Source of the DNA: Polyangiaceae bacterium
Lineage (GTDB): Bacteria; Myxococcota_A; Polyangia; Polyangiales; Polyangiaceae
Assembly: GCA_033763455.1 (NCBI GenBank)
Contig: JANRKO010000076.1
Location: 1 to 64,000, forward strand
Reading direction: 5' to 3'
DNA: 64,000 bases
Part shown: positions 59,259 through 64,000 of the stretch, one piece after another
Layout of the letters: each line of letters opens with the position of its first letter
How positions within the stretch are numbered: position 1 is the first letter of the stretch
Position numbers and translations under genes: made by a program
Notes under the pieces: model-generated
What the model was told of the DNA's origin: nothing
Database searches by the model: none
Seen by the model: only the letters and a program-made list of their open reading frames with translations

Positions 59259-60968
59259 ATGTCGCCGCCGCCCTCTGAAGCCCCCTCCACCCACCCACCG
59301 CTGATCTCCGTGGTGACCTTGACCTGGAATAGCGCACGCTACATCCCGGCAATGCTCGACACCTTGATTCGGGACGCCGAAAGGAGCGAGCTTTGCATCG
59401 AGGTGCTCTTCGTGGACAACGGCTCCACAGACGAATCCCTCGTGCTGCTGGATCGTTACCAGCAACGCCACGATTTCATTCACGTCGTCCCGCTGAGCGA
59501 GAATCGCGGCACCACCGTCCCACGGAATATTGCGCTGCGCATGGCGCGGGGCAAATACGTTTTCATTCTGGACAGCGATACGGAAATTCCGGCGGGAGCG
59601 TTGCTCGGGCTGGTTCGCGCTGCAGAATCGTTAACAGAAGTGGGCATTATCTGCCCCAGGCTCATTTATCCGTCCGGAGATTTTCAAGAATCCGCTCGGC
59701 GCTTCCCCACTCTCAAGACCAAGGCCTACCGCTTGTTGGGTATGGAGAAGCTCCGAAAGGAAGATGAAAGCGTCGGAGACGTGCTGGAAAGCAAGACGGT
59801 TCCAGTTGATTTTGCGATGTCAGCGGCGTGGTTCTTGCCGCGTAGCGTGCTGGAGCGCGTGGGCTTGCTCGACGAACGTATTTTTTATGCGCCCGAAGAC
59901 GTTGAATATTGCGCACGTGTTTGGAAGAGCGGCCTCAAGGTTTGGTACTACCCAGACGTGAGCATCGTGCACAATTGGCAGCGCATCACCAACAAGAAGC
60001 CGCTATCACGCCTGGGCCTGAGCCACACCAAAGGCCTGATGCGCTACTTCTGGGAGTACGACTCATTTCTCCGGCGCCCCGCCGTCAACTCGAGCTCCCA
60101 GGCCGCGGCTGCACCTACTAGCGCCCAAGCCTCCGTTTCCGGAGGACCCAAGCCTGCATACCCCAAGGCCTCGTTTCGTGCCGCTCGAGAGCCACAGGGC
60201 AACGGCCTTCCTCCGCTTCGAATCCTATTCGTCACCGAAGACGATCCGCTCTACGTGCTCAAGTTCTTTGAGGTCTTCTTCGCACAATACCCCAAGGATG
60301 AGTTTTCGATCGTCGGGGTAACGGTGGACGCCGCCTTCCACGAACCTCTCACGAAGACGGCCGAACGAATGTTGAAATTCTACGGGCCTGTCGACTTCGC
60401 TCGCATGGGATTGCGCTTTGCCGAAGCCAAAGCTGAAGGACGGTCCATCGCGGCGCTTGCGCGGGAAGCCTCCGTTCCCCTCGTACCCACTCGTTCCGTG
60501 AATAGTGACGAATACGTGGCACGCGTTCGAGCGCTCGCTCCGGACGTGCTCGTTTCAGTAGCTGCGCCGGAGATATTCAAAGAACCGATCCTGAGCGTCC
60601 CCCGGCTCGGTTGTATCAACATTCACTCTGGCCGCCTCCCCGTTTACCGTGGCATGATGCCTAATTTTTGGCAGATGCGTCATGGTGAAACCTCCGCAAC
60701 CATTACCGTACACGAGATGGTTCCAAAGATAGATGCCGGGAGGATCTTGGCCACTTTGGATTTTCCCCTCCGCGAGCGTGACACCTTGGATCGCGTCATC
60801 ACGGAGACGAAGCGCGAGGGTGCACTTCTCATGATGGATGTGCTGCGAAAGCTCCGTGCCGGTAGCCTCACCCCGACACCGATAGACATGTCGACGAAGA
60901 AGTACTTCTCTTTTCCTAAGCCCGAAGACGTTTCCGCGTTCCGGGCGCGGGGGCACAGGCTCCTATGA
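59259..60968 (+). CDS. GT2 glycosyltransferase fused to N-formyltransferase domain
   Basis: [27 protein letters not shown]; then [13 protein letters not shown] and [10 protein letters not shown]. Confidence 0.88.
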   Translation: MSPPPSEAPSTHPPLISVVTLTWNSARYIPAMLDTLIRDAERSELCIEVLFVDNGSTDESLVLLDRYQQRHDFIHVVPLSENRGTTVPRNIALRMARGKYVFILDSDTEIPAGALLGLVRAAESLTEVGIICPRLIYPSGDFQESARRFPTLKTKAYRLLGMEKLRKEDESVGDVLESKTVPVDFAMSAAWFLPRSVLERVGLLDERIFYAPEDVEYCARVWKSGLKVWYYPDVSIVHNWQRITNKKPLSRLGLSHTKGLMRYFWEYDSFLRRPAVNSSSQAAAAPTSAQASVSGGPKPAYPKASFRAAREPQGNGLPPLRILFVTEDDPLYVLKFFEVFFAQYPKDEFSIVGVTVDAAFHEPLTKTAERMLKFYGPVDFARMGLRFAEAKAEGRSIAALAREASVPLVPTRSVNSDEYVARVRALAPDVLVSVAAPEIFKEPILSVPRLGCINIHSGRLPVYRGMMPNFWQMRHGETSATITVHEMVPKIDAGRILATLDFPLRERDTLDRVITETKREGALLMMDVLRKLRAGSLTPTPIDMSTKKYFSFPKPEDVSAFRARGHRLL

Positions 60969-61813
60969 CCGCTTTTTCCCCCACCGCCGCCCGCCTCGCC
61001 CTTTCGATCGACGTCGAGGATTGGTTTCAGGTCGAAAATCTACGTGCGGCAGTGCCAGCTTCCAGCTGGTCCCAACGGGAATTGCGTGTTGAACAAAACA
61101 CAGCTCGGATGTTGCAAGCGCTCTCCGAACAGAATGTGCGCGGTACCTTTTTCGTGTTGGGCTGGGTTGCGGAGCGTTGCCCCGAGCTCGTACGTCGCAT
61201 CGTAGCGTCCGGCCACGAGTTGGGCTGTCATGGCTACGGGCACGACCTGTTGAACAAACTCACGCCGGACGCATTTCGGGAAGACCTAAAGCGTGCCAAG
61301 GGCCTGCTGGAGGAGCACACAGGCTCGCGCGTGCTCGGCTATCGCGCGCCCAGCTTTTCCATCACCGATTGGGCCATTGATGTGTTGAAGGAGGAGGGGT
61401 TTGCTTATGATTCCTCTGCCTTCGCGACAGTGGCTCATGATCGTTACGGAAAGCTGCAAGGCTTGGAGCGAGGGGAACCGATTACCGAGCTTCGGGACGA
61501 TTTCTACGAGGTCTCTATCTCCAGCTTGAACGTATTCGGACACAGCTTGCCCTGGGGAGGTGGAGGTTACTTTCGACTCCTTCCGTACGCAGTGTTCAAG
61601 ACTGGCATTCGCGAGATCCTGCGGCGAGGCGACCCTTACATTTTCTATATCCATCCGTGGGAGATTGATCCGGCTCAACCGCGCGTCCAGGTGAGAGCAA
61701 GCTACGCGTTTCGCCACTACCTCAATTTGGATCGCTGCTTCGCTCGCTTCCAGGCGCTGCTCTCTGACTTTCGCTGGGGTACCATCCGAGAGCTCCTGCC
61801 GGCCGAGCGTTAG
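60965..61813 (+). CDS. Polysaccharide deacetylase, PEP-CTERM/XrtA-locus subfamily (DUF3473)
   Basis: [56 protein letters not shown]. Confidence 0.9.
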   Translation: MTAFSPTAARLALSIDVEDWFQVENLRAAVPASSWSQRELRVEQNTARMLQALSEQNVRGTFFVLGWVAERCPELVRRIVASGHELGCHGYGHDLLNKLTPDAFREDLKRAKGLLEEHTGSRVLGYRAPSFSITDWAIDVLKEEGFAYDSSAFATVAHDRYGKLQGLERGEPITELRDDFYEVSISSLNVFGHSLPWGGGGYFRLLPYAVFKTGIREILRRGDPYIFYIHPWEIDPAQPRVQVRASYAFRHYLNLDRCFARFQALLSDFRWGTIRELLPAER

Positions 61814-61882
61814 CCCCCCATTAGCCCCCCGAGCTTGCTTGACACCCCCCCCACTTTCCGTTCACATCACGCCAATTCTCGC

Positions 61883-62629
61883 ATGCCTGCCGACTCGGTC
61901 AAACGCCTGCTCCGCCCCATCTTAAGGCGGCTGCCGTATGCAACCGTGGAGCCGGGCCCCTTGCTGCGCCCCTTGTACGCCAGCCTTTTTCGCGCGCAGT
62001 GGGTATCGCGTGAGCTTTTGGAATGGGCCGAGCGCGCCCTAATTGCAACTCCAGCTTTCCTGGCTCGCTGTGCGTCACACGGTACGGACATCACCTGTGA
62101 CAGGCTTCCGTACTTGATTGGTAACGTGTCCATCTATCTGGGTAGCCAGATACGGATCTCCGGCAAACTCGATATTATCAGTCCCCATTCGGGTGCACCG
62201 GTATTGAGGATCGGCAACGGAGTATTCATTGGGCATGGAACGGCACTCAGTGTCGCGCGTTCCGTCGAAATCGGGGACTACGTGTCGATTGGCGCCGGCT
62301 CCTCGATCGCGGATACCGAAGGCCACAACACCTACAATCCCATGCGCCCCATTTGGGAGGTGCCAGCGGGCCCCGACGATGTGGAGTCTGTTGTCATTGA
62401 AGATAATGTGCAAATCGGCAAGAAGGTAACGATTCTCAAGGGTGTGCGCATCGGTGCTCGTTCAGTGATTGGTGCAGGCGCCGTAGTTCGCAGCAATATT
62501 CCCGCCGATTCGGTGGTTATGGGGAATCCGGGGCGCGTCGTTCGCAGCCTGAAGCCCGCCGCTAGCCAATCTTCCCCAAATCTTGCGGCAACATCGGGGG
62601 AAGCCGCCGCTAAGGAGGCACTGTCATGA
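61883..62629 (+). CDS. Hexapeptide-repeat (LbH) acyltransferase
   Basis: IGNGVFIG, IGDYVSIG, IEDNVQIG, IGARSVIGAGAVV..GNPGR. Confidence 0.88.
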   Translation: MPADSVKRLLRPILRRLPYATVEPGPLLRPLYASLFRAQWVSRELLEWAERALIATPAFLARCASHGTDITCDRLPYLIGNVSIYLGSQIRISGKLDIISPHSGAPVLRIGNGVFIGHGTALSVARSVEIGDYVSIGAGSSIADTEGHNTYNPMRPIWEVPAGPDDVESVVIEDNVQIGKKVTILKGVRIGARSVIGAGAVVRSNIPADSVVMGNPGRVVRSLKPAASQSSPNLAATSGEAAAKEALS

Positions 62630-63873
62630 TGAATTGGGGCGCGCACGATCTCACCAACATCGCCGAAAAATACGGTACTCCGTATTACCTCTACGACCTT
62701 GATGCCGCTCGGGTGCACCTGGCTGCCCTGCGCGAGCATCTACCCGGAAACGTGGAGGTGCTTTACTGCGTGAAGGCCAACCCCAACCCCCGCATCATCA
62801 CGGCTTTTCAAGAGCTGGTGCCAGGCCTGGATATCTCATCCGGTGGCGAAGTGGAGCTGGCTTGCGCGGCTGGCTGGTCGCCCAGCAAGATGAGTTTTGC
62901 GGGTCCCGGAAAAACCGAGAGCGAGCTGCGGTTATCTATTAGCCGTGGGCTTGGCTCTATCAGCATTGAGTCGGTTACCGAGCTCAATCGAATCTCCGCG
63001 CTCGCGCTGGAGCAGAAGCGCACTGTGCGTTGCCTGTTGCGCATTAATCCAGCAAGCGCGCCCAAGGGCTTTGCGATGAAAATGGGGGGCCTGGCTTCTC
63101 AATTCGGTGTTCAGGAGGAAGATAGCGCAGCCGTCTTCAAGCAGGCTCTCAATGCTCCTGGGATCAAGCTTGCAGGCATTCACATCTTTTCTGGCACGCA
63201 ATGTCTAGAGCTTCCAGCTCTGGTGGAGAATGTCGAGCAAACGCTGGGAATAGCCGCAAGCTTAGCTACGGCCAATAACGTGACGCTTGAGGAGATCAAT
63301 CTCGGGGGTGGCATTGGCGTCGCGTATTTCCCCGGCCAAGAAGATCTCTCCCCCACACAGGTATCGCGCGCCCTTGCAGACTCCATTCTTGCTTTTAGAA
63401 CTAGGCACCCGCGCTTTGTGCAAACCAAGATTGTGGTGGAGCTTGGGCGCTACCTAATCGCACGTTTTGGCGTCTACGTGACGCGAGTGGTGGATGCCAA
63501 GCTCACGCGCGACCGTCGGTTTGTGATCATGGACGGCGGCATGAATCACTGTTTCCCAGCGACGGGCAACTTTGGCCAGCTGGTTAAGAAGAACTACCCT
63601 GTCGAGAACCTTTCTCGCTCCGTAGCAGAGAACGAATGGGTGCCCCAGGAGCTCGTGGGCCCACTGTGTACGCCCCTGGATTCAATGGCACGCAACGTCG
63701 CTTTGCCGCTCTGCGAGACGGGTGACCTCATCGCCGTCAAGAATTGCGGAGCGTACTCCTTCAGTGCGAGCCCGTTGATGTTTCTGAGCCACGCCACGCC
63801 GCTTGAGTTGCTCTCCTTCAAAGGTGAGCTGAGCGTGGCCAGACGCCGTATCCTCGCCAGCGAGTTTGTTTGA
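62626..63873 (+). CDS. PLP-dependent group IV decarboxylase (DAP-decarboxylase-like, exosortase-locus-associated type)
   Basis: YCVKANP, DISSGGE, FAGPGK, LRINP, HIFSGTQ, NLGGG, ELGRY, DGGMNH, GPLCTPLD. Confidence 0.88.
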   Translation: MMNWGAHDLTNIAEKYGTPYYLYDLDAARVHLAALREHLPGNVEVLYCVKANPNPRIITAFQELVPGLDISSGGEVELACAAGWSPSKMSFAGPGKTESELRLSISRGLGSISIESVTELNRISALALEQKRTVRCLLRINPASAPKGFAMKMGGLASQFGVQEEDSAAVFKQALNAPGIKLAGIHIFSGTQCLELPALVENVEQTLGIAASLATANNVTLEEINLGGGIGVAYFPGQEDLSPTQVSRALADSILAFRTRHPRFVQTKIVVELGRYLIARFGVYVTRVVDAKLTRDRRFVIMDGGMNHCFPATGNFGQLVKKNYPVENLSRSVAENEWVPQELVGPLCTPLDSMARNVALPLCETGDLIAVKNCGAYSFSASPLMFLSHATPLELLSFKGELSVARRRILASEFV

Positions 63874-63935
63874 GCTTTCGTTTAGATTTGCCTCAAATCC
63901 CCACTTACCACATTGTTGTTCAGGACCCCCGCACC

Positions 63936-64000
63936 ATGAATGAATCTGAAGTCCGCCGTAGAGTTCGGCAGTTCATCGAGAGCACCTTCCTCGGAGAGAT
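63936..64000 (+). CDS. Probable acyl carrier protein, N-terminus (partial)
   Basis: MNESEVRRRVRQFIESTFLGD resembles helix 1 of stand-alone ACPs; RBS AGGA; the Ser motif lies beyond the window. Confidence 0.55.
   Translation, partial: MNESEVRRRVRQFIESTFLGE

Noticed and set aside
61810..61852. TTAGCCCCCC x2, TTGACA and poly-C run before the acyltransferase
   Set aside because: No convincing -10 element; too short to call a promoter or contingency locus
62626..63873. Housekeeping lysA
   Set aside because: HIFSGTQ and GPLCTPLD differ from typical LysA (HIGSQ, GPxCESGD) and the context is a glycan/ACP locus

Overview
GC-rich bacterial DNA whose gene content (Cys-rich repeat lipoproteins, Hanks-type kinase/PEGA/FHA/GYF proteins, DUF1552/DUF1592 pairs, MXAN_5187-like protein) points to a myxobacterium (Polyangiaceae-like; inference). 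1-27 kb is a mosaic accessory region. It holds the end of an IS3-family element, an Rpn nuclease with an apparent internal antitoxin start, a YtrA/GntR-ABC operon with its operator, and an orphan PilB/GspE ATPase with four MshEN-like motifs. It also holds a low-GC three-gene operon built around a LecB-like lectin-domain protein, a kinase/Cys-repeat/PEGA operon, and two DUF1592/DUF1552 pairs (one with a LacI regulator and palindromic operator). A structured ~60-90 bp repeat occurs three times at module junctions. 27-46 kb is mostly housekeeping and envelope genes (degenerate signal peptidase, FHA protein, pcnB, vapBC, coaX, PPTase, nitrilase, lipoproteins, di-haem cytochrome c). 46-64 kb is a surface-polysaccharide locus (Wzx, epimerase, two deacetylases, GT2-formyltransferase fusion, acetyl- and methyltransferases, PLP decarboxylase, ACP). 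It embeds comA-comB (sulfolactate synthesis) among three ATP-grasp ligases. This is the best candidate for an undescribed system: sulfolactyl (sulfonate) decoration of a glycan. No rRNA, tRNA or CRISPR array was seen. All family calls come from motif recognition by eye; no database search was run.
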